DNA of 64,000 nt from Collinsella aerofaciens (GCA_008668235.1 RQCP01000013.1:60463-124462); one strand, 5' to 3'. Counted from the stretch's first letter, positions 28,627 through 39,831 are shown. Notes: a model not told the origin generated them from the sequence alone. Numbers and translations are program-made.

Positions 28627-31404
28627 TTACTTGCGACCGAACTTAATCTTGATGGCACGCTTGAGCGCGTACTTGCCGAGGCTTGGGAGCTTTTGCTCGT
28701 ATTTGACCATCGTGGAGCACTCGGGGCGGTCGCGATCCAGATGGATAGCGTCAAACGCGCACTTGGTGGTGCACAGGCCGCAGCCGATGCACTTGTTGGG
28801 GTCGACGATCGAGGCGCCGCAGCCCAGGCAGCGGGCGGTCTCGGCGCGCACCTGCTCCTCGGTAAAGGTCTCAACATACTCGCTAAACGGCGCAGCCTTC
28901 TCGCGTTCGCGGTCCACGTGGGCAACCTCGCGGCTCGCGTTGTCGTAGCTCTCGAGCACAACGTCGTCGCGGTCGAGCGCGGTGTAGCGGCGCTGATTGC
29001 GGCCGATGGTGAGCGTGGAGCCCGTCTGCACAAAGCGATGGATGGACACCGCGGCCTCGTGGCCGGCGGCGATAGCGTCGATGGCAAAGCTGGGGCCAGT
29101 GTAGACGTCACCACCCACAAAGATGTCGGGTTCGGCGGTCTGGTAGGTCTGGGGATCGGCAAGGGCACCCTGGCCGCGGCCGAGCTCCACCTTGGAGCCA
29201 GCCAGCAGGTCGCCCCACACAATGGACTGGCCAATCGACATGACGACACGGTCGGCATCGACACGGCGCAGATCGCTCTCGTCGTACTCGGGCGCAAAAC
29301 GGCCCTCGTCGTCAAAGACACGCGTGCAGCGCTTAAAGGTGATACCGCACACATGACCGGCCTCGTCTAGGTGAATCTCCTTGGGGCCCCAGCCGCAGCT
29401 GATGTGAGCGCCGTCCTCAACGGCCTCGCGACGCTCCTCCTCGCTGGCGGGCATCTGAGCCTCGCTCTCCAGGCAGAACATCTCAACGTGCTCGGAACCC
29501 AAACGGCAGGCGTTGCGCGCGACATCGATAGCCACGTTGCCACCGCCCACCACGATGGTGCGGCCGGGCAGCGCGTCGATCTTGCCACTGTTGACCTCGC
29601 GAAGGAAGTCGACGGCCACGGTCACGTCCACGGCATCCTCGCCCGGAATACCGGCAAGGCGGCCGCCCTGGCAGCCGATGGCCACGTAAAAGGCCTTAAA
29701 GCCCTGCGCGCGCAGCTCGTCGAGCGTCACATCACGACCGACCTCCACGCCATAGCGGAACTCGGCACCCATCAGGCGAATGATCTCGACCTCGGCCTCA
29801 ATAACATCCTTCTGCAGCTTAAAGCTTGGAATACCGTAGGTGAGCATGCCGCCCGGGCGCTCGTTCTTCTCGAACACGACGGGCTTGTAGCCCTTCTCGG
29901 CCAGATAGAAGGCGCAGGACAGGCCGGCCGGACCGGCACCGATGATGGCGATCTTCTGATCAAAGCCGCCAGCGCGCGTCGGCGTAACCACAGGTGGGAC
30001 GTAGCGGGTCGCGGCATCCAGATCGCGCTGGGCGATGAACTTCTTGACCTCGTCGATAGCCACGGCGGCATCCACACGGCCGCGGGTGCAGGCATCCTCA
30101 CAGCGGCGGTTGCACACACGGCCGCAGATAGCGGGCAGCGGGTTCTCGCGCTTAATGAGTGCTAGGGCCTCGTCATAGCGACCCTGAGCCGCGAGCTTCA
30201 AATAGCCCTGAACGGCAACGTGCGCGGGGCAGGCCGTCTTGCAGGGAGCGGTGCCGGACTCATGCGTCTCGATACGGTTGTCGTTGCGGTAGTTGGGCGA
30301 CCACTTGGTGTGATCCCATTTGGTGGCGTCGGGCAGCTCCTGGCGCGGATACTCGGGCACCTGTCCGCCGGCCTTTTTGCTGCAGAGCTTCTGGCCGAGC
30401 TTGGCGGCGCCGGCCGGGCACACCTCAACGCAGCGACCGCAGGCAACGCACTTGTCCTTCTCGACCTTGGCGACATAGGCCGAGCGCGACAGGTTGGGCG
30501 TGTTGAACAGCTGCGAGGTGCGCAGGGCGTAACACACGTTGACGTTGCAGTTGCAGATAGCGAAGATCTTGTTCTCGCCGTCGATATTGGTGATCTGGTG
30601 CACAAAGCCGTTGTCCTCGGCCTGGCGCAGGATGTCGTAGACCTCGTCGCGCGTCACGTAATGGCCGCGGTCGGTCTCAACCACATAGTCGGCCATATCG
30701 CCCACGGCAATGCACCAGTCGGCGGGGTCGTCGGCGCAGCCCTCACCCATCACGCGACGGCTCGCGCGGCAGCTGCAGGTACTAGCGGCATACTTACCCT
30801 CGTATTTGTCGAGCCAATGCTCGATATGCTCAATAGGCACCGAGGTGCTCGCGGCGTCAATGGCCTTCTCGACCGGAATGACGTGCATGCCGATACCGGC
30901 GCCTCCGGGCGGCACCATCGGCGTGGCCTTGGACAGCGGTCCCTTGGACGCCTGCTCAAAGAACTTGGCGTAGACCGGATGCTCCTCGAGCTGGCCCACG
31001 CGCATGTTGAGGAACTCGGCGGAACCCGGCACCAGCATGGGCAGGACCCACTGCTTGGCGCGCTCGGGATTTTCCCAGTTGTACTCGAGCAGACCCGTGT
31101 AGCTCATGTCGTCGAGCATCTTCTCGATATCAGCCTCGGGCATGCCGGTGAGCTTGACCATCTCGGGCAGCGTGTAGGGACGGCGCATCTTCATCTTGCA
31201 GAGCACTTCGGCCTGCTCGTCGGTTGCGGCCTCGGCAAACGACCAGTACTCGTAGCCCAGCAGCTCGTCGCGATGCAGCAGACGGTTGGTGCAGTGCTCA
31301 CACAGTTTGACGATTGCCTCGCGCGGATGCTCCGGCAGCGGCGGCACGAACTCCGAACCGATGTCGGGCTCGGTGTAGCTAATTCCCGGTCCGTTGAGAA
31401 TCAT
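28627..31404 (-). CDS. Large FAD-dependent pyridine nucleotide-disulfide oxidoreductase with several 4Fe-4S motifs (GltD-like core)
   Basis: CVACGRCVEVCP, CKTACP, CGRVC..CE..C, GAGPAG, GGGNVAID, CIGCGLCTTKC; start MILNG after GAAGGG. Confidence 0.9.
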   Translation of the reverse strand: MILNGPGISYTEPDIGSEFVPPLPEHPREAIVKLCEHCTNRLLHRDELLGYEYWSFAEAATDEQAEVLCKMKMRRPYTLPEMVKLTGMPEADIEKMLDDMSYTGLLEYNWENPERAKQWVLPMLVPGSAEFLNMRVGQLEEHPVYAKFFEQASKGPLSKATPMVPPGGAGIGMHVIPVEKAIDAASTSVPIEHIEHWLDKYEGKYAASTCSCRASRRVMGEGCADDPADWCIAVGDMADYVVETDRGHYVTRDEVYDILRQAEDNGFVHQITNIDGENKIFAICNCNVNVCYALRTSQLFNTPNLSRSAYVAKVEKDKCVACGRCVEVCPAGAAKLGQKLCSKKAGGQVPEYPRQELPDATKWDHTKWSPNYRNDNRIETHESGTAPCKTACPAHVAVQGYLKLAAQGRYDEALALIKRENPLPAICGRVCNRRCEDACTRGRVDAAVAIDEVKKFIAQRDLDAATRYVPPVVTPTRAGGFDQKIAIIGAGPAGLSCAFYLAEKGYKPVVFEKNERPGGMLTYGIPSFKLQKDVIEAEVEIIRLMGAEFRYGVEVGRDVTLDELRAQGFKAFYVAIGCQGGRLAGIPGEDAVDVTVAVDFLREVNSGKIDALPGRTIVVGGGNVAIDVARNACRLGSEHVEMFCLESEAQMPASEEERREAVEDGAHISCGWGPKEIHLDEAGHVCGITFKRCTRVFDDEGRFAPEYDESDLRRVDADRVVMSIGQSIVWGDLLAGSKVELGRGQGALADPQTYQTAEPDIFVGGDVYTGPSFAIDAIAAGHEAAVSIHRFVQTGSTLTIGRNQRRYTALDRDDVVLESYDNASREVAHVDREREKAAPFSEYVETFTEEQVRAETARCLGCGASIVDPNKCIGCGLCTTKCAFDAIHLDRDRPECSTMVKYEQKLPSLGKYALKRAIKIKFGRK

Positions 31405-31496
31405 GGTTGTCCCTTCTCTTGCCGCAGCCCGACGAGGCCGCAGCGCCCCTCTTTTTTTGCAGGCCGGGCATGCCCCATGCCGTTCACCCGCCATTG

Positions 31497-31534
31497 TTGA
31501 CATTGTGTCAAAAATAGTATTGACGAACCGTCAA
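31497..31534. promoter_or_regulatory. Tandem TTGAC-N5-GTCAA palindromes, putative TetR operator
   Basis: ttgacattgtgtcaa (31497-31511) and ttgacgaaccgtcaa (31520-31534) in divergent intergenic region. Confidence 0.65.
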
Positions 31535-31592
31535 CAATATTCAAGACTGTTAGGCGAACGGTCAGGCAAAAGAGGATGAAAGGCGGCAAAAC

Positions 31593-32255
31593 ATGGGCAA
31601 CAACACAGCAGGTACCTCTGTAGTCAATGCCGTCCCCGCATCCGATAGCGCGGCAAAGCGCCTGACGGGCGACGAACGCCGTCGCGAGATCCTCGATGCC
31701 GTGCGCACCGTAAGCTCCGAGCTGGGCGTATCCCACCTATCGGTATCGGCCGTGACCAAGCGAGCCGGCTGCACGCGCTCGCTGTTCTACCACTACTTTG
31801 CCGATATGGACGCCGCCGTCACCGCTGTTATGGACGAGGCGATCGACGGCTTTATCTCCGAGCTCGAGCAGTGGAACGCCGACCGCACCGTCGGTGATAT
31901 CGAGGGCGCGCTCGACACCGTCGCCCCGCTCTTTAAGCGCCTGGTCGCCAGCGGCCACGAGCTGCCGAGCACGCTCACTTCAAGCAGCGGCGCGCTCTAC
32001 GGCGGCTTTTTGCACAACGTGGTTCAGCGCGTGGCGCAGTATATCTGCGACACCACCGTGGTGGACTTTGTCGCCCATCATGAGCTACGCATCGACCATG
32101 TCTACGAGACGTTCTACACCCTCATCATGGGGTTGTTGATGTATATCCGCACGCACCCCGATGTGCCCGACGAGACGGTCAAGGAAATCATCGCCTCGAC
32201 GCTCCACATCGAGGGCTACACCGCCAAGTATCCGGAGCGCATGCCCCAGAACTGA
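31593..32255 (+). CDS. TetR/AcrR family regulator
   Basis: RRREILDA..LSVSAVTKRAGCTRSLFYHYF. Confidence 0.92.
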   Translation: MGNNTAGTSVVNAVPASDSAAKRLTGDERRREILDAVRTVSSELGVSHLSVSAVTKRAGCTRSLFYHYFADMDAAVTAVMDEAIDGFISELEQWNADRTVGDIEGALDTVAPLFKRLVASGHELPSTLTSSSGALYGGFLHNVVQRVAQYICDTTVVDFVAHHELRIDHVYETFYTLIMGLLMYIRTHPDVPDETVKEIIASTLHIEGYTAKYPERMPQN

Positions 32256-32318
32256 CGACATTTGGCCAAACTGCCCGCGATCAGAAGAGGGGCCGCGGGC
32301 GTGTGAAAGGAGAGCAGC

Positions 32319-33326
32319 ATGCTGTTCGATGTTTGGGGTAGCGATACCCTTATCCACTGGGCCGGCTGGGCCATGGTCTTTATCGGCCTGATCGTGCTCA
32401 ACGAGGTCGGCCGCCGCACCAAGCTCGGCGCGGCAATCATCTTTGGCGTGGCTCCGCTGGCCATGACCATCTACTGCGTCGCCATCGCCGTGGGCGTTTC
32501 GCAGGGTGCCGAGTGGGCGCTCACCAACCCCACCCATGTGTACCAGAACAGCTGGTTCCACTACGCCAAGGTATACGCGGCGCTCGCCGGTTGCTGGGGC
32601 TTCATTGCCATTAAGTACCAGTGGGGAAAGATCGGCAAGGCGCATTGGTTCCGCGCATGGCCGTTTGTGATCGTCGCCATCAACATCATGATCGCCGTCG
32701 TGTCCGACTTCGAGAGCGCCTATCACTTCTTTGTCCTGGGCGAGTCCACCTGGGTCACCTCCGAAGGTGCCACGCAGCTGGCCGGCTGGAACAACGTGTT
32801 CAACGGCATCGCCGGTATCATCAACATCTTCTGCATGACCGGTTGGTGGAGCGTCTACGCCTCCGAGGATCAGACCGACATGCTGTGGCCCGATATGACC
32901 TGGGTCTACATCATCGCCTACGATATCTGGAACTTCTGCTACACCTACAACTGCCTGCCCACCCACTCCTGGTTCTGCGGCTTTGCACTGCTGCTGGCGC
33001 CCACCGTCGCCGCCTTTATCTGGAACAAGGGCGGCTGGATCCAGAACCGCGCCTTTACGCTGGCCATTTGGTGCATGTTTGCCCAGGTGTTCCCCTACTT
33101 CCAGGAGGAGTCCATCTTTGTGACCCACTCCACGCTCGACCCCGGCGCCGCCACCGCGGTCTCGATCGCCGCACTGATCGCCAACGTCGCCGCGATCATC
33201 TACATCGCCTACCGCGCCAAAAAGCTCGGCCGCAATCCCTACAAGCAGGATGTCTTTGAGGGCACCAGCGATTGGGAGAAGGCTACCGCTCGCCGCGCCA
33301 AGGTGGATTACGCACACGCCGAGTAA
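32319..33326 (+). CDS. Multi-pass membrane protein (DUF5692-like)
   Basis: Trp/aromatic-rich TM protein, WFHYAKVY, DMLWPDMTW, WIQNRAFTL; AGGAG RBS. Confidence 0.75.
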   Translation: MLFDVWGSDTLIHWAGWAMVFIGLIVLNEVGRRTKLGAAIIFGVAPLAMTIYCVAIAVGVSQGAEWALTNPTHVYQNSWFHYAKVYAALAGCWGFIAIKYQWGKIGKAHWFRAWPFVIVAINIMIAVVSDFESAYHFFVLGESTWVTSEGATQLAGWNNVFNGIAGIINIFCMTGWWSVYASEDQTDMLWPDMTWVYIIAYDIWNFCYTYNCLPTHSWFCGFALLLAPTVAAFIWNKGGWIQNRAFTLAIWCMFAQVFPYFQEESIFVTHSTLDPGAATAVSIAALIANVAAIIYIAYRAKKLGRNPYKQDVFEGTSDWEKATARRAKVDYAHAE

Positions 33327-33397
33327 CATGCCCGGCGCAAACATCGCTTGAGCGCGAAGCGGCATAGCCGGCTCCGCGCAACCCAGCGCATTGCAGA

Positions 33398-33437
33398 GCC
33401 CCCGGAATGTGATTCGTTCGCGTTCCGGGGGCCTTTT
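33398..33437 (+). terminator. Intrinsic terminator
   Basis: gcccccggaa...ttccgggggc followed by ctttt. Confidence 0.6.
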
Positions 33438-33558
33438 GCTGCCGCGAGGATGCGGCCCAGGATGCGCTCGAGTTAAATCGGATCTTATATTTCGCACGCG
33501 CTTTATATGGCTCCATTTTTGGGTACAGTGTTGTCCCGATATTGAGCTTGGGGGATAT

Positions 33559-35061
33559 ATGAAAGATGAGACGATGGGCCAAGAGGATGCGGCCCAAGAT
33601 GCAGAAGCGTGTGCCGAGGCCCTGGAGAGCCTAGACCAGATCGCGCTGGCCGAGATTGCGTTTGACGATTCGAACGTTGATGTGCAGGATGAGCCGGAAA
33701 TCGAGGTGCAGCCCGATGATCGGGATGCAAAAGACGATGGCGCCGCGCCCACCGAGGACGAGGCGGGGCACGAGGAATCCGAGTGCGAGGCCGACGACCA
33801 GCCCGAATCCGACGCGAGCGAGGAAACCATCTTGCTCGACAGCTTACCGGCCGAAGATTCGCTGACCCGCGAGCTTCCCGGCCTGGGCTCCGCGCCTGCC
33901 GTGGACGAGACCATCGCCATGGGCGATATTCCCCTACCGTCCGTCCCTTCGGCACGCGAAGCCGAGGTTCGTCATCGTAAGATGCCGCCCAAGCGCCGCA
34001 ACCTGATGGTTGCCGGCGTTGTGGCCGTCGCGCTCGTCGCCGGCGGCGCAGGCTATGCTGCCTGGAACGGATATCAGCAAGAGCAGGCTGCCGCTGTCGC
34101 CGCCAGTGCGCACACGATGATGTCGGTGCAGATTGGCGTGCATGCAGCGGGCCTCGACTGCTCAACTGGCTCCAAGATTCCCGTGCAGGTGAGCGGGCAG
34201 GATTCCGATGGTTCTTCCGTGAGCGAAACGCTCTACGTTGACGAGCATGGTCGCGGCATTAAGCTGCTGCCCGGCGATTACACGCTCTCCATCGCTGGGT
34301 CCCCCATCGCAGCCGACGGTACCATTTACACCGTGCCGACCACCAAGGCGCAGGTCACCATTAAGAGCGATGGGCAGGATTTGAGTGCCCAGGCCACCTT
34401 TAAGCTCAAGGTGCCTTCGGCCGACACGGTGACTGACGACCAAATCGATGCCGCCGCCAAGTATGCCGAGGAAGGCGGCGCGAGCTCTGCCGCCGCGGCA
34501 AAGATACTCCAGCAGGCGGCAATTACGCGCCGCGATGCCGCCGCCAACGCCGTAAGCGCAAGCGAGGCACAGTCCGCGCGCGATGCCGATGCTCGGCACA
34601 AGGCGACGGATCTGTATCAACTCGATATTCCGGTTGAGTGGTACGGTAAGGTTGCCACCTGGCAAAACGGCAGCACGCTGTGCATCTATCTGGGCGATGA
34701 CGCCAATACGCCAATCGTGACGCTTGTCGCAGTGCGCGACGGCGAGACTTTTACGCCCGACGACGGCGATACGGTTTTGGGCACGGTCAGCCTAGGCAAC
34801 GGCTACACCGTCTACACCAGCGGCCCTGTTTATCCGTACGTGATTCCGCAAACCATCAACGGGCGCACGCAAGACCCCGTGTCGACCTACCCCATGGACA
34901 CGGCCATTGAGCTTGTCGAGCTTACGACCGGCAACCGCTACACCTATAGCCAGATCAAAAACGACCTGGTCGGTAAAGACGGCAAGGCCGACGCTGCCAC
35001 CAAGCTCGAATGCGACTACCTCGCCCAGATTCTCCTGCCGAGCATCAAAGCCCAGGACTAG
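33559..35061 (+). CDS. Membrane-anchored hypothetical protein (acidic N-terminus, single TM, extracellular beta-rich region)
   Basis: GGGGA RBS before ATG 33559; TM NLMVAGVVAVALVAGGAGY. Confidence 0.75.
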   Translation: MKDETMGQEDAAQDAEACAEALESLDQIALAEIAFDDSNVDVQDEPEIEVQPDDRDAKDDGAAPTEDEAGHEESECEADDQPESDASEETILLDSLPAEDSLTRELPGLGSAPAVDETIAMGDIPLPSVPSAREAEVRHRKMPPKRRNLMVAGVVAVALVAGGAGYAAWNGYQQEQAAAVAASAHTMMSVQIGVHAAGLDCSTGSKIPVQVSGQDSDGSSVSETLYVDEHGRGIKLLPGDYTLSIAGSPIAADGTIYTVPTTKAQVTIKSDGQDLSAQATFKLKVPSADTVTDDQIDAAAKYAEEGGASSAAAAKILQQAAITRRDAAANAVSASEAQSARDADARHKATDLYQLDIPVEWYGKVATWQNGSTLCIYLGDDANTPIVTLVAVRDGETFTPDDGDTVLGTVSLGNGYTVYTSGPVYPYVIPQTINGRTQDPVSTYPMDTAIELVELTTGNRYTYSQIKNDLVGKDGKADAATKLECDYLAQILLPSIKAQD

Positions 35062-35133
35062 CCGGGCGCATCATGGTGTTCCCCAACCGTGATGAAGGGG
35101 CCAGGAGGTCCTGGCCCCACGATCCGTAGATGA

Positions 35134-36486
35134 TTAGGCAAGGAGCCACTTCCATGCGGGCACAACGTGTACCACACCGTGCTCGCATGGAATATCGGCC
35201 TGCTCATCCATGGTAACGATTGCCGACTCGCCAAGATCGAACTGGGCCATCGAGGCATCAAGCGCGGCAATTTCGCGCTCGCGCGTTTTCTCACTTGCCA
35301 TATCCACACTCATCTGAATCAGGCTATAAGCCCGCATGAGAAGTGCGTCCCCAGCCACAAAGTCCACCTCATGGCTTTTGCTCTTCTCTTTGATCAGTAG
35401 GCGGCAGACCGATCCGATCCTCACCGCGGGAGTCCTTCTTCTTAGCGCGTTGAACACTGCGGTCTCGAGCCTCTGGCCCTGGTCCAATGCCGATGCGGGA
35501 GAGAATGCTCCAAACATCGCAGGATCGACAGCGTAGACCTTAGACGCAGACCGCATGTTATTTGCCAGTGAACGCGTGAACTCCGGCACGGAGAACAGCA
35601 GGTAGGCGTCCTCATAATACTCAAGTAAGTCGCTGAGCGAATTACGACTGACGGGTATCTGCCTGCTCTTGAACTCGTTGTACACTTTGTTCACCGACAG
35701 CTCTCGTCCCGAAGATGCCATACACCGCGTTAGGAACAGCGATGCCAAGCGAGGGTTCTTGACGTCGTAACGCTCAACGACGTCCATAGCGACCGTTCGC
35801 GAAGCATATTCCTGTAGCAGCTGAATCGCGTCTGCGGGCGTCTGCTCAAGCGTCGCGATGAATCCCCCTCGTTCAAGATATCCGATCAGATGATGTCGAA
35901 GCAGCGCTGCATCGCTTGGGGAAAAGGTCGCATCTGGCTCGAAAACGCTCCCCGTCTTATACCGAACGTATTCCGAAAAACTCAACGGAAAAAGCTCCCG
36001 TATAAGAGAACGACCCCTGAACTCGCTCTTAAGCTCTGAGGACAGCATCTTAGAAGAAGATCCCGTCACATAGACGGTCGCTTTCTCCGTATCGACTACA
36101 CGCCGCAGAAACGCACCCCATTCGGGAATTTCCTGGATCTCGTCAAAGAAAATGTAAGCGCCCTCGGTTCGAGCAGCAGGATACAGCGCATAGAACGTGT
36201 CGAGCACGTCCGCCAGCAGCGATGACTCATACGGGCGCAAGCGCTCGTCCTCAAAATTAAAGTAAAGCATCCGGTCAAGCTCGACGCCCCGACCCTGAAG
36301 CCGCTGCATCTCCTGATACAGGCGATACGTCTTTCCACAACGGCGGGCCCCCACAACCACATTTACGATGTTGTCGCGCTTTGGCTCCTGTGGGTTTCCC
36401 AGATCAAGGTCTCGCTCAAAGACCTGCGGAACCCCCTGCTGTTCAAAGTCCTTTATTTTCTGGGCGATCAAGTCGTTGAATGCCAT
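35134..36486 (-). CDS. AAA+ ATPase (AAA_14/DUF4143, COG1373-like)
   Basis: GARRCGKT, FFDEIQ, TGSSS, KVYAVDP, C-terminal EVDFV. Confidence 0.88.
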   Translation of the reverse strand: MAFNDLIAQKIKDFEQQGVPQVFERDLDLGNPQEPKRDNIVNVVVGARRCGKTYRLYQEMQRLQGRGVELDRMLYFNFEDERLRPYESSLLADVLDTFYALYPAARTEGAYIFFDEIQEIPEWGAFLRRVVDTEKATVYVTGSSSKMLSSELKSEFRGRSLIRELFPLSFSEYVRYKTGSVFEPDATFSPSDAALLRHHLIGYLERGGFIATLEQTPADAIQLLQEYASRTVAMDVVERYDVKNPRLASLFLTRCMASSGRELSVNKVYNEFKSRQIPVSRNSLSDLLEYYEDAYLLFSVPEFTRSLANNMRSASKVYAVDPAMFGAFSPASALDQGQRLETAVFNALRRRTPAVRIGSVCRLLIKEKSKSHEVDFVAGDALLMRAYSLIQMSVDMASEKTREREIAALDASMAQFDLGESAIVTMDEQADIPCEHGVVHVVPAWKWLLA

Positions 36487-36494
36487 GATTCTCC

Positions 36495-36553
36495 AATCTT
36501 GCTCTCTAGCTAATCAAAATTATACTGATTCTTGATTAATTAGAGAGCAAGAT
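36495..36553. promoter_or_regulatory. Long AT-rich palindrome immediately upstream of ATPase gene
   Basis: aatcttgctctctagctaatcaa...ttgattaattagagagcaagatt. Confidence 0.55.
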
Positions 36554-36809
36554 TGTGTGTGGCTTGATTAACACTTAAGCAAGTTTTATCACCGTTATTG
36601 CTCCGAAGGATATCGAGTGGCTAAGAGGACAACCGAGCTCGAATGCGACTCCCCGAGCAGTCAATTTGGGACGGGGCTTTTTTGACTACCCTCCCCCTGT
36701 AGAAAAATCCCTAACGCAGTTGCGGTGAAATATTGACTGTTTTTGCAGGTCAAACAGCAAAACAATCACGAATTCAACTCAAATTAAATGGTGGCCGGAT
36801 GGGTGGCAC

Positions 36810-36989
36810 TCAGCGCCACGGGTCGGCTTCGAACATTGGCTCGCGCTCGGGGCGTCGGTCGCTGTAGGGATCGTAACCGTCATCGTCCTCGTTCTCGGCA
36901 CGGATATAGGGGTCGCGCGGCTTGGGCGCCGGTTTGGACGTGGGCTTGAGCGCCGGCGCGCTTGTCTTGATCTCGTCTTTCATCTGCAT
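36810..36989 (-). CDS. Small hypothetical protein
   Basis: GAGGAG RBS, 59 aa with DPYIRAENEDDDGYDPYSD. Confidence 0.6.
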   Translation of the reverse strand: MQMKDEIKTSAPALKPTSKPAPKPRDPYIRAENEDDDGYDPYSDRRPEREPMFEADPWR

Positions 36990-37033
36990 AGCTCCTCGCA
37001 TCGCATCCGTTCAATATCATCGATTGTCGCACG

Positions 37034-37070
37034 AAAAAGGGCGGCGGACCCAATTGGATCCGCCGCCCTT
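37034..37070 (-). terminator. Intrinsic terminator after clpB
   Basis: aagggcggcgga...tccgccgccctt with A-run on left. Confidence 0.75.
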
Positions 37071-37114
37071 GGCGTTTAGAGACGGCTGGTAGATTTTAAG
37101 GCATGTCCCAAAAT

Positions 37115-39742
37115 CTACTCGGCGTCGGGAACCTCGTAGGTGGCCGCCGGCGTGTTGTCGCACACGACGGTAAAGCCGCCGTCCTTGTCGACATCGACCG
37201 TCACCTGATCGCCCTCGCGCACCGTGCCGTCGATGATGGCGGCGGCGATGGCGTCCACGACCTCGCGCTGGACCAGGCGCTTGAGCGGACGGGCACCGAA
37301 CACGGGGTCCAGGCCGCCCACGGCGAGCATCTGCTTGGCCGCCGGGGTGATGGCAAGCGTCATGCGCTCCTTGGCCAGGCGTGCGCGGACGTCGGCAAGC
37401 TGGATGTCGACGATCTTCTCGATCTGCGCCATACCGAGCGGATGGAACACCACGATATCGTCGATACGGTTGAGGAACTCGGGGCGGAAGGTCTGAGCCA
37501 TGGCAGCGTCGACCTGATGGCGCATCTCCTCCTCGTCCTTACCGGACAGATCGGCGATGGCCTTGGAGCCCACGTTGGACGTCATGATGATAATCGTGTT
37601 CTTGAAGGACACCTGGCGACCCTGGCCATCGGTCAGACGGCCGTCGTCGAGCACCTGCAACAGCACGTTAAAGACATCCGGATGGGCCTTCTCCATCTCG
37701 TCGAGCAAGATCACGGAGTAGGGACGACGGCGCACGGCCTCGGTGAGCTGGCCGCCCTCGTCGTAACCCACGTATCCCGGGGGCGCACCGATCAGACGCT
37801 GGACGCTGAACTTCTCCATGTACTCGGACATATCGATACGCACGAGCGCGCGCTCGTCGTCGAACAGGCACTCGGCAAGCGCCTTGGCGAGCTCGGTCTT
37901 GCCCACGCCAGTGGGGCCCAGGAAGAAGAAGCTGCCGATGGGCTTGTCCGGATCGGAGAGGCCCGCACGGCTGCGGCGCACGGCCGCGGCAACGGCGGAG
38001 ACGGCCTCATCCTGACCGATGACGCGCTTATGCAGCTCGCCCTCCAGGCCCTTGAGCTTGTCGAGCTCGCCCTGCATCATCTTGGACACGGGCACGCCGG
38101 TCCAGGCACTCACGACCTCGGCGATCTCGTCGGAGGTCACCTGCTCGTTGAGGCCCTCGCCGTCCTGCTGCTTTTGTGCCTCGAGCGCAGCCTCGGAATC
38201 CTGAATCTGCTGCTGCAGGCCCGGAATCACGGAGAAGCGCAGCTCGGACGCACGGCCCAGGTCGCCGTTGCGCGTTGCACGCTCCTCTTCGCTCTTGGCC
38301 TCGTCAAGCTGGCCCTTAAGCTCCTGCACGTGGTCGATGGCGTTCTTTTGGTTGAGCCAGCCGGCCTTTTGCACGTTGAGCTTTTCCTGGACCTCGGCGA
38401 TCTCCTGACGTAGGGCCTCCAGACGCTCCTTGGAGGCGTCATCGGTCTCCTTCATGAGTGCCTGCTCCTCGATCTGCAGCTGGGTGAGCTGACGCGTGGT
38501 GGCGTCGATCTCGACCGGCATGCTGTCGAGCTCCATGCGCAGGCGGCTTGCGGCCTCATCGACCAGGTCGATGGCCTTGTCGGGCAGGAAACGGTCGGCG
38601 ATGTAGCGATCGGAGAGGTCGGCAGCCGCCACGAGCGCGCTATCGGTGATATGCACGCCGTGGAAGATCTCGTACTTCTCCTTGAGGCCACGCAGGATCG
38701 AGATGGTGTCCTCGACGGTAGGCTCGCTCACCATAACGGTCTGGAAACGACGCGCGAGCGCCGCGTCCTTCTCGATGTACTTGCGGTACTCGTCAAGCGT
38801 GGTCGCGCCGATCGCGTGCAGGTCGCCACGGGCGAGTGCGGGCTTCAGGATGTTGCCGGCGTCCATGGAGCCCTCGGTGGCACCCGCGCCCACGATGGTG
38901 TGGAGCTCATCGATGAACAGGATGACCTTGCCTTCGGACTTTTGCACCTCTTTGAGCACGGCCTTCAAGCGGTCCTCGAACTCGCCGCGGTACTTGGCGC
39001 CGGCGACTAGCGCGCTCATGTCAAGCTCGATAAGGTCGCGGTCGCGCAGGGTGCTCGGCACGTCGCCAGCCACGATACGCTGGGCGATGCCCTCGACGAT
39101 AGCCGTTTTACCGACGCCCGGCTCACCGATGAGCACGGGGTTGTTCTTGGTGCGACGGGACAGGACCTGGATGGTACGACGGATCTCGTCGGTACGGCCG
39201 ATGACAGGGTCGAGCTTGCCGGCGCGGGCAAGGTCGCAGATGTTGCGTCCGTACTGCTCCAGCGCCTCAAACTGGGTCTTGTCCTCGGCAGACGTCACGC
39301 GGTCATCGCCACGCAGCTCCTCGTAGACCTGCTCGATGCGCTCCTTTGTGACGCCGGCGTCGCGCAGCACGCGGCCCGCCTCGCCCTTGTCCTCGGCAAG
39401 TGCCATCAGCAGATGCTCGGTCACCACAAAGCTGTCGCCCATCTTGGTGGCCTTCTTCTCGGCCTTTTCGATGACGCGAACGAGCTCGTTGGACAAGCCC
39501 ATCTGCTGACCCTCGCCCGAAACCTTAGGCGCGTGGTCGATGGCATCTTGTGTGGAGCGTGCGAGCTGGGCCGGGTCGGCACCGATGCGCTCGATAATCA
39601 CGGAGATATTGCGCTCACCGGCACCGAGCAAGGCGGACAGCAGGTGAATCGGCTCCACCGCGCCGGCCTGCGCGTCGGCAGCCGTGCTCATGGCGGTTTG
39701 CAGCGCCTCGCGCGACGTCATTGCTAGCTTATCGATTCTCAT
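37115..39742 (-). CDS. clpB: ATP-dependent chaperone ClpB
   Basis: GEPGVGKT, coiled-coil middle domain, [18 protein letters not shown]. Confidence 0.97.
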   Translation of the reverse strand: MRIDKLAMTSREALQTAMSTAADAQAGAVEPIHLLSALLGAGERNISVIIERIGADPAQLARSTQDAIDHAPKVSGEGQQMGLSNELVRVIEKAEKKATKMGDSFVVTEHLLMALAEDKGEAGRVLRDAGVTKERIEQVYEELRGDDRVTSAEDKTQFEALEQYGRNICDLARAGKLDPVIGRTDEIRRTIQVLSRRTKNNPVLIGEPGVGKTAIVEGIAQRIVAGDVPSTLRDRDLIELDMSALVAGAKYRGEFEDRLKAVLKEVQKSEGKVILFIDELHTIVGAGATEGSMDAGNILKPALARGDLHAIGATTLDEYRKYIEKDAALARRFQTVMVSEPTVEDTISILRGLKEKYEIFHGVHITDSALVAAADLSDRYIADRFLPDKAIDLVDEAASRLRMELDSMPVEIDATTRQLTQLQIEEQALMKETDDASKERLEALRQEIAEVQEKLNVQKAGWLNQKNAIDHVQELKGQLDEAKSEEERATRNGDLGRASELRFSVIPGLQQQIQDSEAALEAQKQQDGEGLNEQVTSDEIAEVVSAWTGVPVSKMMQGELDKLKGLEGELHKRVIGQDEAVSAVAAAVRRSRAGLSDPDKPIGSFFFLGPTGVGKTELAKALAECLFDDERALVRIDMSEYMEKFSVQRLIGAPPGYVGYDEGGQLTEAVRRRPYSVILLDEMEKAHPDVFNVLLQVLDDGRLTDGQGRQVSFKNTIIIMTSNVGSKAIADLSGKDEEEMRHQVDAAMAQTFRPEFLNRIDDIVVFHPLGMAQIEKIVDIQLADVRARLAKERMTLAITPAAKQMLAVGGLDPVFGARPLKRLVQREVVDAIAAAIIDGTVREGDQVTVDVDKDGGFTVVCDNTPAATYEVPDAE

Positions 39743-39831
39743 GGAATCACCTCTCTTGGGGTGGCCGCCCTACGGGGCGGCTTCACGTTGTTCGAGAAGT
39801 ATTGTTGCCAGCTTTGCACGATCTTATACAT

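Noticed and set aside
33446..33602. 20-bp near-duplicate gaggatgcggcccaRgatgc at 33446 and 33583
   Set aside because: Short local duplication with no associated element or evident function.
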